NCBI GenBank assembly: GCA_050011735.1
Contig: JBEKIN010000001.1
Coordinates: 1-57,234 of the forward strand
Length of the DNA: 57,234 bases
From: Acidobacteriaceae bacterium
GTDB lineage: Bacteria > Acidobacteriota > Terriglobia > Terriglobales > Acidobacteriaceae
Reading direction: 5' to 3'
Both the position numbers and the translations under genes were made by a program. A model generated the notes under the pieces. The model ran no database searches. It had not been told where the DNA came from and saw only the letters and a list, made by a program, of their open reading frames with translations. Positions 35,326 through 47,172 of the stretch are shown piece after piece; position 1 is the first letter of the stretch; every line of letters begins with the position of its first letter.

Positions 35326-36723
35326 CTATCCCTCAAAACGGGCCAGCCGGTTGATGCCGTTAAACGCGGCAGCCTTGTAGCATTCGGCCAGGGTGGGATA
35401 GTTGAACACCGTATCGATGAAGTAATCGACGGTGCCGTTCAGGATCATCACCGCCTGGCCGATGTGGACCAGCTCCGCCGCGCCCTCGCCGATGATGTGC
35501 ACGCCCAGTACCTGGCGCGTCTCGCGATTGAAAATCAGCTTCAGCCGCCCCGTCGTGTCGCCGCGTATCTGCCCGCGCGCAATTTCCCGATAGTACGCCA
35601 CGCCTACTTCGTAGGGCACGTCCTCTTCGGTCAGCTGCTCCTCGGTCTTGCCGATAAACGAAATCTCCGGAATGGTGTAGATGCCATAGGGATAAAAGCT
35701 CGGGTTCGAAATGATGTGATCGTCGCCAAACGCGCGGGCGGCGGCGATCCGCCCCTGCTCCATGGAAACCGACGCGAGCGCCGGAAACCCGATTACATCC
35801 CCCACCGCGAAGATATGCGGCACCTTCGTCCGGAAATCCTTGTCTACGGGAATGCGCGCGCGATTGTCCGCCTCGATGCCCGCCGCCGCCAGGTTCAGCT
35901 CGTCGATGTTGCCCTGCCGTCCCACCGCATACAGCAGCGCATCCCCTGACATTTTTTTCCTGCTTTCGAGATTGGCGACCACTGCTCCGTCGGGCAACTG
36001 CTCCACGCTCTCCACTTCTTCGCCCAGGCGCATCGTCACGCGGCTGTCGCGCAGGTGATAACTGAGGGCCTCGATGATCTCCTGATCCGCGAACTCCAGC
36101 AGCCGCGGCCGCTTCTCAATCAGCGTGACGCGCACGCCCAGCGCGGCGAACATGCACGTATACTCCACGCCGATCACGCCGCCGCCCACCACAATCAGGC
36201 TCTTCGGCAGGTCGATCATGTCCATAACCTGATCGCTGTTCACGATTGTCTTCCCGTTCACCGGCACTTTGGGCGATGTCGCCGGCCGCGTCCCGACCGC
36301 GATGATGATGTTGTCGGCTTCGTACGTATTTGCTCCGCGAGGCCCCTCCACGTGCACGTGGTGATCGTCCACGAAACTCGCCACGCCGTTGAAAACCTCG
36401 ACCCCGTTGCGCGAAAGCTGCGCCTCCGTCACGTCAATCTCGGTCTTCACCACATGCTGCACGCGAAAGGCCAGATCGGCCATCGTGATCTTTTCTTTCA
36501 CGCGATAATTCATCCCATAAATGGATCGGTAGTTATAGCCGGAGAGATGCAGGACCGCCTCGCGCATGGTCTTGCTGGGGATGGTCCCGGTGTTGATGCA
36601 CACGCCGCCCACCACGCCCCGCATCTCAACGAGCGCCACGTGCTTGCCCCTCTTCACCGCGGATACCGCCGCGCGCTGTCCGGAGGGGCCCGAACCTATG
36701 ACCAGCAAATCGTATTTCGCCAT
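35326..36723 (-). CDS. sthA: Soluble pyridine nucleotide transhydrogenase (Si-specific)
   Basis: YDLLVIGSGPSGQ (FAD motif). GGVCINTGTIPSK has a single Cys with Thr in place of the second redox Cys, as in SthA and unlike Lpd. FNYPTLAECYKAAAFNGINRL C-terminus. Confidence 0.85.
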   Translation of the reverse strand: MAKYDLLVIGSGPSGQRAAVSAVKRGKHVALVEMRGVVGGVCINTGTIPSKTMREAVLHLSGYNYRSIYGMNYRVKEKITMADLAFRVQHVVKTEIDVTEAQLSRNGVEVFNGVASFVDDHHVHVEGPRGANTYEADNIIIAVGTRPATSPKVPVNGKTIVNSDQVMDMIDLPKSLIVVGGGVIGVEYTCMFAALGVRVTLIEKRPRLLEFADQEIIEALSYHLRDSRVTMRLGEEVESVEQLPDGAVVANLESRKKMSGDALLYAVGRQGNIDELNLAAAGIEADNRARIPVDKDFRTKVPHIFAVGDVIGFPALASVSMEQGRIAAARAFGDDHIISNPSFYPYGIYTIPEISFIGKTEEQLTEEDVPYEVGVAYYREIARGQIRGDTTGRLKLIFNRETRQVLGVHIIGEGAAELVHIGQAVMILNGTVDYFIDTVFNYPTLAECYKAAAFNGINRLARFEG

Positions 36724-36829
36724 GTATCAGAAAAACCCGGGCCGCGGAGTCAGCCGGCTCGAGTTCCGTGCCCATCTTACAATCCAGTGATGACAGGCCG
36801 TATGAATACGCTTTTACACTAATCGTCAG

Positions 36830-37480
36830 ATGCTGCTTTATGCCATAACCAACCGCCGCCTCCTCCAGGGCGATGAAACCGCGAAGCGCGATCGCTTAGT
36901 GTCTCTCGCCGAGGAGTGGGCTCGCGGCGGCGTCGACACCATCCAGGTCCGCGAAAAGGATCTTCCCCTCGCCGAGCTCCAGCCCCTCGCCGCGCGCATC
37001 GTCGCAGCCGTCCGCGCCACGGGCAAACTCACGCGCGTCCTTGTCAACGGTCCTGCGCAGGTCGCCCTGGACGCCGGCGCCGATGGCGTGCACCTGCACG
37101 CCAACGCGGGACCCGCTGCCGCTCCCGCCGCGCAGCAAGCCTATGCCCGCGTCAGCCGCGAGCCGTTTATTAGCGCCGCCTGCCACTCCCCCGAAGAAAT
37201 TCGCCAGGCCGCCGGTGCTTCGTTGCTCTTGTTTTCCCCCATCTTCGAGAAAGTGACCGAGCAGGGAACCACGCGCGGCCAGGGACTCGCGGCCCTGCGC
37301 GCCGCCGTTGATTTCGCCAGACCGACCCCGGTCCTCGCGCTCGGCGGCATTACCGAGAAGAATGCCGCCGCCTGCCTGCAGGCCGGCGCGGTCGGCATCG
37401 CTGCCATCCGCCTCTTCCTCGGCGACGCGTGGCGCGGACTTCTGGATGTCCCGTCGCCATCCGTGCGACTATCGTCCTGA
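36830..37480 (+). CDS. thiE: Thiamine-phosphate synthase (ThiE/TenI family)
   Basis: GVDTIQVREKDL, ADGVHL, and LALGGIT..NAAACLQAGAVGIAAIRLF, typical of the ThiE TIM barrel. Confidence 0.7.
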   Translation: MLLYAITNRRLLQGDETAKRDRLVSLAEEWARGGVDTIQVREKDLPLAELQPLAARIVAAVRATGKLTRVLVNGPAQVALDAGADGVHLHANAGPAAAPAAQQAYARVSREPFISAACHSPEEIRQAAGASLLLFSPIFEKVTEQGTTRGQGLAALRAAVDFARPTPVLALGGITEKNAAACLQAGAVGIAAIRLFLGDAWRGLLDVPSPSVRLSS

Positions 37481-37499
37481 TCCATCATCCAATGACGAA

Positions 37500-38462
37500 A
37501 TGCCCTCCTCGCTGAAAGCAGAGCGTCCCCAGCAGCCGCCTGCGTCCTCCGTCGCGCGCGCCCGCCTCATCGGCCGCCGGCTGGGCTATGTCGCGTGTGC
37601 CCTCGCCGGATGCTGCTGGGGAACCGGCTTCTTCTTCGGCAAGATTGCCTTCAGCCGTCTTGGGGTTGGCCACTACGTTCTGTATCGCTTCATCTTTGCC
37701 TGTATCGGCATGCTCCCCATCGTTGAAACCCCGCGCTTCTCACGCCGCGAATGGACGCTGCTGCTGATCGGAGCCTTCCTCGGCATCCCTGTGCAGTTCA
37801 TAATCCAGTTCGAAGGACTGAGGCTCACCACTGTCAGCCACGCCGCGCTCATGGTTGGCACCATGCCCGTGATCCTCGCGGTCGGCGCCACCCTCTTTGC
37901 CCACGAGCGGCTCGACCTCAAAGGCTGGCTCGCTCTCCTCGGCTCCACCGCCGGGATCGTACTCATTGTTTTCAGCGCCAGTCACGGCGCCATCGGCGAG
38001 GGCGACCTCTGGGGCGATCTTCTCGTCGTTGCTTCGCTGGTCATCGCCCTTGGCTGGGTCCTCATCAATCAGCGACTCATGGCCCAGGGTTGTTCCCCCT
38101 CCGCAGTCAGCTCCTGGACCCTCCTCACCGGATCGGCCATGCTCTTCCCCTGGGTCCTGATCCGCGATGGTTTCCCTCCCGTGCGCGGGCTCGGTTGGCA
38201 CGTCTGGTTCGCTGTCGCCGCCAGCGGCCTGCTCTGCACCGCCGCCGCCACCCTGCTTTGGAACTGGGGAATCCATCGCGTCCCTGCCTCCCGCGCTGGA
38301 GTCTTCCTCAACATCGAACCTGCCCTCGGCTCCATCCTCGGTGTCGCCGTTCTGGGCGAGCGGCTCGGTCCCGGCACGTGGATCGGTGGAGCGCTCATCA
38401 TCGCCGCCGCCTTCGTGCTTACCACCTCCGGCCACGCCGACCCCGAAGTCATCATGACCTGA
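37500..38462 (+). CDS. DMT-superfamily (EamA-type) transporter
   Basis: Ten TM segments arranged as two EamA-like halves. I chose the start at the ATG after the thiE stop; the track ORF start (37308) lies inside thiE. Confidence 0.75.
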   Translation: MPSSLKAERPQQPPASSVARARLIGRRLGYVACALAGCCWGTGFFFGKIAFSRLGVGHYVLYRFIFACIGMLPIVETPRFSRREWTLLLIGAFLGIPVQFIIQFEGLRLTTVSHAALMVGTMPVILAVGATLFAHERLDLKGWLALLGSTAGIVLIVFSASHGAIGEGDLWGDLLVVASLVIALGWVLINQRLMAQGCSPSAVSSWTLLTGSAMLFPWVLIRDGFPPVRGLGWHVWFAVAASGLLCTAAATLLWNWGIHRVPASRAGVFLNIEPALGSILGVAVLGERLGPGTWIGGALIIAAAFVLTTSGHADPEVIMT

Positions 38463-38546
38463 AACCGGGCTCTCCGCGTTTCCCGCGGACCCCCAAACCG
38501 CAATCGGTACAATAGGCATTCCACACCCAAACCACGGAGGTTTTCC

Positions 38547-39974
38547 ATGCTTCGCCCTTCGTGTCGTCGCCCTCAGGGCTGCCTGCTGGCCCTGTTTCTC
38601 GCTCTCAGCGCCCACACCCAGCAGCACCCCGTCGCGCTCACCGGCACGCTCGTCACACCCGACGAAGTCATTCCTGACGGCACTGTCCTTATCGAGCATG
38701 GCCTTATTCGCGAAGTCGGCGCTCACGTCGGCCTTCCCGCCGGCACAACCGTCATGAATACCGGCGGCATCATCGCCCCCGGCCTCATCGACCTGCACAA
38801 CCACCTCACCTGGAACGTCTTTCCCCGCTGGAAGCCCATCGAGGAATTCGGCAGCCGCTACGACTGGCAACAGAAACCCGTCTACAACGTGCTTATGACC
38901 GCGCCCCACAGGGCTCTTATCGACGAGGGTTTCGAGTGTGACGCCGAGCGCTATGCCGAAGTGAAGGCCATCACCGAAGGCGAAACCAGCGTCGTTGGCG
39001 GCAGCGCCACTCACCCGGAATGCAATCGCGGCCTCGCCCGCAACCTCGATGACCCATCGGAGCTGAACTCCGCGCCAGGCCTGACCGGCGCTGCGCATGG
39101 TCCCGTCCTCTACAACGTCTTCCCCCTGCAAATGACCCAGGACGAGGTCGCCGCTGCAAAGAAGGCGCTCGACGCCCATGGCGCGCTCCTCATCCATCTC
39201 GCCGAAGGAGCGCCCAACGATGCATCCGCCGCCCGCGAATTCATGATGCTCAAGGGCCGCGGCCTTCTTGTCCCCGGCGTCTCCTTCATCCACGCCGTCG
39301 CGCTCAAGCCCGATAACTTCCAGGAGATGAAATCCGCAAGCGTCGGCTTCATCTGGTCGCCGCGCAGCAACATCGAGCTCTATGGCGGAACCGCCAACGT
39401 CGTTGCCGCCCTCCGGGCGGGAGTCACCACCGCCCTCGCTCCTGACTGGAGCCCGACCGGCAGCGATGGCCTCCTCGGCGAGTTGCAATATGCAGCCACC
39501 TGGGTCGCGGCGCAGCTTCCTGCTCCCGCGCCGCCTCCGGCTCCGCCACCGCAACCCATCCTCACCGACCACCAGCTTTTCGACATGGCCACCCTTAGCG
39601 CCGCATCCCTGGTTCACCTCGACCACCACCTCGGCGCCATCGAGAAGAACGCCGCCGCCGACCTCCTCGTCCTCCGCCGACAGGCCGGCCAGCCGCCCGC
39701 CAACCCATGGTGGTCCCTCGACCACGCCTCTCCCGAAGACGTCGAGCTGGTGATCATCGGAGGCGAGCCCGTCTACGGGGACCCGGCTCCAATGCGGCAG
39801 CTTGCCGGAAGCGCGCCCCTCGAACCGTTGACCATTTGCGGCGCGGAAAAACGCATTTCCTTCGCCAGCGAGCTCCAGCCGCAACCGAGCTTCTCGGAAA
39901 CCGAAACACGCCTCCAGACCGCCCTGCGCGAATGGGGTCGAAACCTGGCGCCCCTGGCCGAGTGCACGCAGTGA
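38547..39974 (+). CDS. Secreted amidohydrolase-superfamily metal-dependent hydrolase
   Basis: Signal peptide. GGIIAPGLIDLHNHLTWN (the HxH metal motif after beta-strand 1). Later IHLAEG and HAV blocks. Confidence 0.75.
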   Translation: MLRPSCRRPQGCLLALFLALSAHTQQHPVALTGTLVTPDEVIPDGTVLIEHGLIREVGAHVGLPAGTTVMNTGGIIAPGLIDLHNHLTWNVFPRWKPIEEFGSRYDWQQKPVYNVLMTAPHRALIDEGFECDAERYAEVKAITEGETSVVGGSATHPECNRGLARNLDDPSELNSAPGLTGAAHGPVLYNVFPLQMTQDEVAAAKKALDAHGALLIHLAEGAPNDASAAREFMMLKGRGLLVPGVSFIHAVALKPDNFQEMKSASVGFIWSPRSNIELYGGTANVVAALRAGVTTALAPDWSPTGSDGLLGELQYAATWVAAQLPAPAPPPAPPPQPILTDHQLFDMATLSAASLVHLDHHLGAIEKNAAADLLVLRRQAGQPPANPWWSLDHASPEDVELVIIGGEPVYGDPAPMRQLAGSAPLEPLTICGAEKRISFASELQPQPSFSETETRLQTALREWGRNLAPLAECTQ

Positions 39975-39980
39975 AGCGGT

Positions 39981-40022
39981 ACCCTGCGCTCTTTACCCTG
40001 TACCCTGCACCCTGTACCCTGT
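39981..40022. repeat. ACCCTG(T/C) heptamer repeat: one isolated copy plus four tandem copies, ending 7 nt before the rpe start
   Basis: accctgc (39981-87), spacer gctcttt, then accctgt accctgc accctgt accctgt (39995-40022). Confidence 0.75.
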
Positions 40023-40029
40023 TCCCATA

Positions 40030-40707
40030 GTGGTCGAGCTCGTCCCATCCATACTTTCCGCCGATTTTGCCCGCCTGGCCGACGAAATCGCCGCAGCCGA
40101 GCGGGGCGGCGGCACCGTGATCCACGTCGACGTCATGGATGGCCACTTTGTCCCCAATATCACCGTCGGGCCGCCCATCGTCCAGTCGCTGCGCAAGCAC
40201 ACCAAACTGCCGCTCGACTGCCACCTGATGATCGAGAATCCCGACGAATTTATCCCCGCATTCGCCGACGCGGGCGCCGACTGGGTCAGCGTCCACTACG
40301 AGGTCTGCCGCCATCTGCACCGCACCCTTGAGTACATTGCCTTGAACAAGATGCAGCCGGCTGTCGTCATCAATCCCCACACTGAAGTCGACCTGCTCAT
40401 CCCGATCCTCGGTATGGTGCATCACGTCCTGGTCATGAGCGTCGATCCCGGCTTCGGCGGCCAGCAGTTCATCCCTTACTCCCTCGGCAAGATTCGCCGT
40501 TTGAAAGAACTTCGACGGGAACTGGGCCTCAGTTATAGGATTGAAGTGGACGGCGGCATTGCTCACGACACGGTCGCCAGCGTCGTCGAAGCGGGAGCCG
40601 AGTTGCTGGTCGCCGGTAACGCGGTTTTCGGCCAGGGTCACGCGGAACGGGATGCGCGCAGCCTGCTCGAAGCGGCGCAGCGGGCAGCCCGGTCAGCCGC
40701 TGCATAG
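40030..40707 (+). CDS. rpe: Ribulose-phosphate 3-epimerase
   Basis: VPSILSADFARLADEI, HVDVMDGHFVPN, MSVDPGFGGQ and VDGGI. GTG start immediately after an in-frame TAG; no Shine-Dalgarno is visible. Confidence 0.92.
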   Translation: MVELVPSILSADFARLADEIAAAERGGGTVIHVDVMDGHFVPNITVGPPIVQSLRKHTKLPLDCHLMIENPDEFIPAFADAGADWVSVHYEVCRHLHRTLEYIALNKMQPAVVINPHTEVDLLIPILGMVHHVLVMSVDPGFGGQQFIPYSLGKIRRLKELRRELGLSYRIEVDGGIAHDTVASVVEAGAELLVAGNAVFGQGHAERDARSLLEAAQRAARSAAA

Positions 40708-40789
40708 AATTCTCCTAACCGGCGCGTGGTCATCGCAGACCATCCCGCTCCGGCGCAAGGGTATGGGGCGTCTGCGTTCACGAGGTGTT

Positions 40790-42397
40790 ATGAATCGGTT
40801 GGTCCTCCGTATGTCGGCAGTTTGTCTGGGTATGGCGATCGCATTTTCATCCCCCAACGCTTTCGCCAAGAAGCAAAAGAAGAAGAAAGAGGTCGACCTC
40901 ACCGCGAACCCCCTGGTGAACGTCAACTCGAAGCAGCCCGACAAGGAGCTCTTCGACAAGGCCTACAACGCCATGAAGCATGGCAAGTACGACGTGGCGC
41001 GCCTCGACCTCCAGACCCTGCTCAACACCTACCCTGATTCCGAGTTCGCCATGCGCTCCAAGCTGCTCGTCGGCGATACCTGGTTCAAGGAGGGTGGTTC
41101 GGCCGCGCTCACCCAGGCCGAATCTGAATACAAGGACTTCATCACCTTCTTCCCCAATACGCCTGAGGCCGCCGAGGCGCAGATGAAGGTCGGCGACATC
41201 TATTTCCAGCAGATGGAAAAGCCGGACCGCGATCCGCAGAATGCCGTCCATGCCGAGCAGGAATACCGCGCCATGCTTGAGCAGTTCCCCGACTCGCCGC
41301 TCATCCCGCGCGCCATGCAGCGTCTCCGCGAAGTGCAGGAAGTTCTCGCCCAGCGCCAGTTCGAAATTGGCGAATTCTATGCCTCGCGCGAACAATGGGC
41401 CCCTGCCGTTGCCCGCCTCGAGACGATCACCGACAGCTATCCGCTTTTCAGTCACAGCGATCAGGCGCTCATCACCATCGGCGATGCCTACGCCAACGAA
41501 GCCCAGGTCATGTCGCGCGCGAAAATTCCGCCTAAGGCCAAAGCCGAACTGATCCGCTATTTCGATGACCGCGCCACGGCGTCCTGGTCCCGCGTCGTCA
41601 CCCGATATCCCCTCGCCCCGCACGTCGAGGATGCCAAGGATCGGCTGATCGCCATGGGCAAGCCCGTTCCCGATCCCAGCCCCCAGGCGCTTGCGGAAAG
41701 CCAGGCTGAGGAAGACAGCCGGGTCAACGTAAAGCTCGGCTCGCGGACCCTCCAGCTGCTGGGCCGTGGTCCGAACACCGTCAAAGCCGCGCGCGTCGGA
41801 GAGCCTTCGCTGAACAGTCCGCCGCCGGTTCTGGCGCCAGACGTGGTGAAGGAGAGCTCAATAACGTGGGCCCAGGCCCTGGCCGGTAAGCCGGTTACGG
41901 GAGTGGCCGCTCCCGAGGCTACGACCGCAGCCAATGCGGCGATCGAGAACGGCACCGCGCCGCCTACCACCGAGCAACCCGCGCAAAAGGCGGCCTTCCA
42001 GGAGGTGCCCGATGCTTCTGGAACTCCGGGCCGCACCGTCACTGTCGAGGTTCCCTCTGACAACGCCCCGGCTGCAGGCGGATCGCCTGGAGCCGCGAGC
42101 GCCCTTACGCCGGCTGAAGGCGCTCCCGCCGGTGCGGCGCTCCCCAGCAACGCCGAACCCCTGGTGAAACCCGTGGGCACACCCGTTGCCCAGCCGCTGC
42201 CCGGAATCGACAAGCCTGCCGAGACTCCGCAGCAGATCAACCAGGTGCAGGGCGGCACGCCTGCGCAGGTCCAGACCGGCGCGAATGCCAGCGGCAAGGC
42301 AGGCAACAAGAAAAAGAAGGCGCCCTACGACAAGAAGGACGAGTCCTCGAGCAAACACAAGAAGAAGACGGGCCTCGACAAAGTGAATCCGTTCTAG
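40790..42397 (+). CDS. bamD: BamD/YfiO-like outer-membrane assembly TPR protein with a ~240-aa low-complexity C-terminal extension
   Basis: Signal peptide MNRLVLRMSAVCLGMAIAFSSPNAFA. TPR region (LFDKAYNAMKHGKYDVARLDLQTLLNTYPDSEF...AESEYKDFITFFPNTPEAAEAQMKVGDIYF...EQEYRAMLEQFPDSPL). GAGGTG lies upstream of ATG 40790. The track ORF start (40541) lies inside rpe. Confidence 0.8.
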   Translation: MNRLVLRMSAVCLGMAIAFSSPNAFAKKQKKKKEVDLTANPLVNVNSKQPDKELFDKAYNAMKHGKYDVARLDLQTLLNTYPDSEFAMRSKLLVGDTWFKEGGSAALTQAESEYKDFITFFPNTPEAAEAQMKVGDIYFQQMEKPDRDPQNAVHAEQEYRAMLEQFPDSPLIPRAMQRLREVQEVLAQRQFEIGEFYASREQWAPAVARLETITDSYPLFSHSDQALITIGDAYANEAQVMSRAKIPPKAKAELIRYFDDRATASWSRVVTRYPLAPHVEDAKDRLIAMGKPVPDPSPQALAESQAEEDSRVNVKLGSRTLQLLGRGPNTVKAARVGEPSLNSPPPVLAPDVVKESSITWAQALAGKPVTGVAAPEATTAANAAIENGTAPPTTEQPAQKAAFQEVPDASGTPGRTVTVEVPSDNAPAAGGSPGAASALTPAEGAPAGAALPSNAEPLVKPVGTPVAQPLPGIDKPAETPQQINQVQGGTPAQVQTGANASGKAGNKKKKAPYDKKDESSSKHKKKTGLDKVNPF

Positions 42398-42422
42398 AAA
42401 ATCCCAAGTGCAATTTAAGAAG

Positions 42423-42447
42423 GGCCGTCCTGGGGGACGGCCTTTCT
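42423..42447 (+). terminator. Rho-independent terminator after bamD
   Basis: ggccgtcc (42423-30), loop tggg, ggacggcc (42435-42), then tttct. Confidence 0.7.
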
Positions 42448-42552
42448 GCTGGTGTCTGAAGTTCTGGCGCCTTTACGAGCTGCGAGCCACCTGCCACCCG
42501 CCACGTCCGCCCCCAAGCATCGAAAATTCAAACGTTATATCGTGAAAAGGGA

Positions 42553-45408
<2,856 letters not shown>

Positions 45409-45411
45409 ATC

Positions 45412-46296
45412 ATGGAATGGAAAAGCCGCCGTATCGAGGCCATCCTCGAACAGGCGCTGGTCGAAGATAAAGCCACCAGCGACATCACCACGTCGCTCAC
45501 CATCGAGCCCGGCCTCCGCGCCGCTGCCACCGTGCTCGCCAAAGAAGAATGTGTCCTCTCCGGCCTCGGCTGCATTCCCCGCTTCCTCGATATCTTTGCG
45601 CGCCTGGATGGCCGCTCCAGCGGGCGCTACGAAGTGGTCAGCCACCCCGAAATCTTCGACGGCGTCCGCATGCGCAAAGGTCAGGCCGCTGCCGTGATTC
45701 GTCACAATGCCCGTGTCATTTTGGCCTGCGAACGCGTCATCCTCAACCTTATGCAGCGCATGAGCGGCATCGCCACGCTCACTCGCCGCTACGTCGACGA
45801 GATTCGGGACACTTCCGTCAAAATTCTCGACACCCGCAAGACCGTCCCCGGTTTGCGCATCCTCGACAAATACGCCGTCCGCTGTGGCGGCGGCGAAAAC
45901 CATCGCCTCGACCTCTCCGATGGCATTCTCATCAAGAACAACCACATCGCCCTCGGCGGCGGCATCGAGAAAGTTCTTGCCCGCGCCAAAGAGCGCCGCA
46001 AGCTCGGCCAGACCATCGACATCGAAGTTCGCAATATCGCCGAGCTCACGCTCGCTCTTGACCACGGCGCCGAGTCCCTGCTTCTCGACAACATGACCCC
46101 CGCCGAGGTTAAAAAATCCGTCGCCATCGTCCGCGAGCGGGGCTTCGAAATTCCCATCGAAGCCTCCGGCGGCATCACCCTCGAGAACATCCACAAGTAC
46201 GCCCTCGCCGGCCCCGACTACATCTCCGTCGGCGCGCTCACCCACTCCGCCCCCGCCGTCGATCTCTCCATGCGCATCACCGCGGAGATCTACTAA
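45412..46296 (+). CDS. nadC: Nicotinate-nucleotide diphosphorylase (carboxylating)
   Basis: ILDTRKTVPGLR, GGGENHR, ILIKNNH, LLDNM and EASGGI. Confidence 0.93.
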   Translation: MEWKSRRIEAILEQALVEDKATSDITTSLTIEPGLRAAATVLAKEECVLSGLGCIPRFLDIFARLDGRSSGRYEVVSHPEIFDGVRMRKGQAAAVIRHNARVILACERVILNLMQRMSGIATLTRRYVDEIRDTSVKILDTRKTVPGLRILDKYAVRCGGGENHRLDLSDGILIKNNHIALGGGIEKVLARAKERRKLGQTIDIEVRNIAELTLALDHGAESLLLDNMTPAEVKKSVAIVRERGFEIPIEASGGITLENIHKYALAGPDYISVGALTHSAPAVDLSMRITAEIY

Positions 46297-46300
46297 AGCG

Positions 46301-47134
46301 GTGCCCGCCCCGACTGCCGGCGCTTTCCCCGCCGATCTTTTCGACCTCCCCGCCCTCGACGCCGCACTCGCCGGCTCGCGCTTCGCCGGCAAACTCCACT
46401 TCTTCCCGTCCATCCCCTCTACCAACACCCATGCGATGCAGCAATCCGACGCCGGCGTTCCCGATGGCAGCGTCTACTTCGCCGACGAGCAGACTTCTGG
46501 CCGCGGTCGCGGCGCCCACGCGTGGACCTCGCCTCCCGGCTCCGGGCTCTACGTCAGCATCCTCCTTCGTCCCCTTATCCCGCCCGCCGACATCCTCTGG
46601 CTCTCGCTCGCCGCTGGACTCGCCGTGCACAATGCAATCCGCACCGTCACCTCTCTCCAGCCCGATCTTCGCTGGCCCAATGACCTGCTCCTCGGCCCGC
46701 GCAAATTTTGCGGCATCCTCACCGAACTCAACGCGGAAGTCACCCGCGTCCGCCATGCGGTCATCGGCATCGGCATCAATGTCCACCAGCCACAGTTTCC
46801 TCAAGACCTCCGACCCCTTGCCACCTCGCTCTTTCTCGAGACCGGTCACAACTGGCCTCGCCAGGAAATCCTCCTCGCCCTCCTGCAATCCCTCGAAAGC
46901 GAACTCGCCGCCCTCACCGCACCCGCTGACCTCCAGGCCGCCGCACAAAACATCCGCAACCGTCTCGAACGAAGCTCCACCTGGATTCGTGGCAAACGCG
47001 TCCGCGTCGACGAAGGCGACGGATTCACCGGAACTACCGAAGGCCTGGACCCCCGCGGCTTTCTCCTGGTGCGCACGCCCCAGGGCGTCCGCACTGTCCT
47101 TTCCGGCGGGGTCCGCGAAACCGGCCCAACATAA
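46301..47134 (+). CDS. birA: Biotin--[acetyl-CoA-carboxylase] ligase, class I (no N-terminal HTH)
   Basis: FADEQTSGRGRGAHAWTSPPGSGLYVS (GRGRxGRxW-type biotin loop) and KWPND-like RWPNDLLL. GTG start. Confidence 0.9.
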   Translation: MPAPTAGAFPADLFDLPALDAALAGSRFAGKLHFFPSIPSTNTHAMQQSDAGVPDGSVYFADEQTSGRGRGAHAWTSPPGSGLYVSILLRPLIPPADILWLSLAAGLAVHNAIRTVTSLQPDLRWPNDLLLGPRKFCGILTELNAEVTRVRHAVIGIGINVHQPQFPQDLRPLATSLFLETGHNWPRQEILLALLQSLESELAALTAPADLQAAAQNIRNRLERSSTWIRGKRVRVDEGDGFTGTTEGLDPRGFLLVRTPQGVRTVLSGGVRETGPT

Positions 47135-47172
47135 AATCGAACCGGGCGAAGCGAGCGCATAAAATCAAAACC

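Noticed and set aside
36724-36829. A possible TPP (THI-box) riboswitch upstream of thiE.
   Set aside because: The 106-nt spacer lacks the conserved CUGAGA and ACCUGA...GCCAGCG-type elements, and it is short for a full aptamer plus expression platform.
37740-39884. 714-aa minus-strand ORF.
   Set aside because: It lies antisense to the DMT transporter and amidohydrolase genes. Its composition (G/A/E/D/R runs) is not protein-like, and the plus-strand genes carry clear family motifs.
39981-40022. The heptamer arrays (also 1107-1141) as possible CRISPR or minisatellite mobile-element remnants.
   Set aside because: The units are only 7 nt with no spacers, so they are not CRISPR. No terminal inverted repeats or transposase genes are nearby.
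40541-40789. The upstream extension of the bamD ORF (track start 40541), and similar long N-terminal extensions for nadD (31350), the DMT transporter (37308), the SDR (9487) and panB (21660).
   Set aside because: The extensions overlap the preceding genes or encode non-protein-like sequence. Internal starts coincide with a signal peptide or a family N-terminus and with Shine-Dalgarno-like motifs.
42448-42552. A T-box or other leader upstream of valS.
   Set aside because: About 105 nt remain after the bamD terminator. No T-box specifier or antiterminator consensus is visible, and T-boxes are not expected in this kind of Gram-negative genome.
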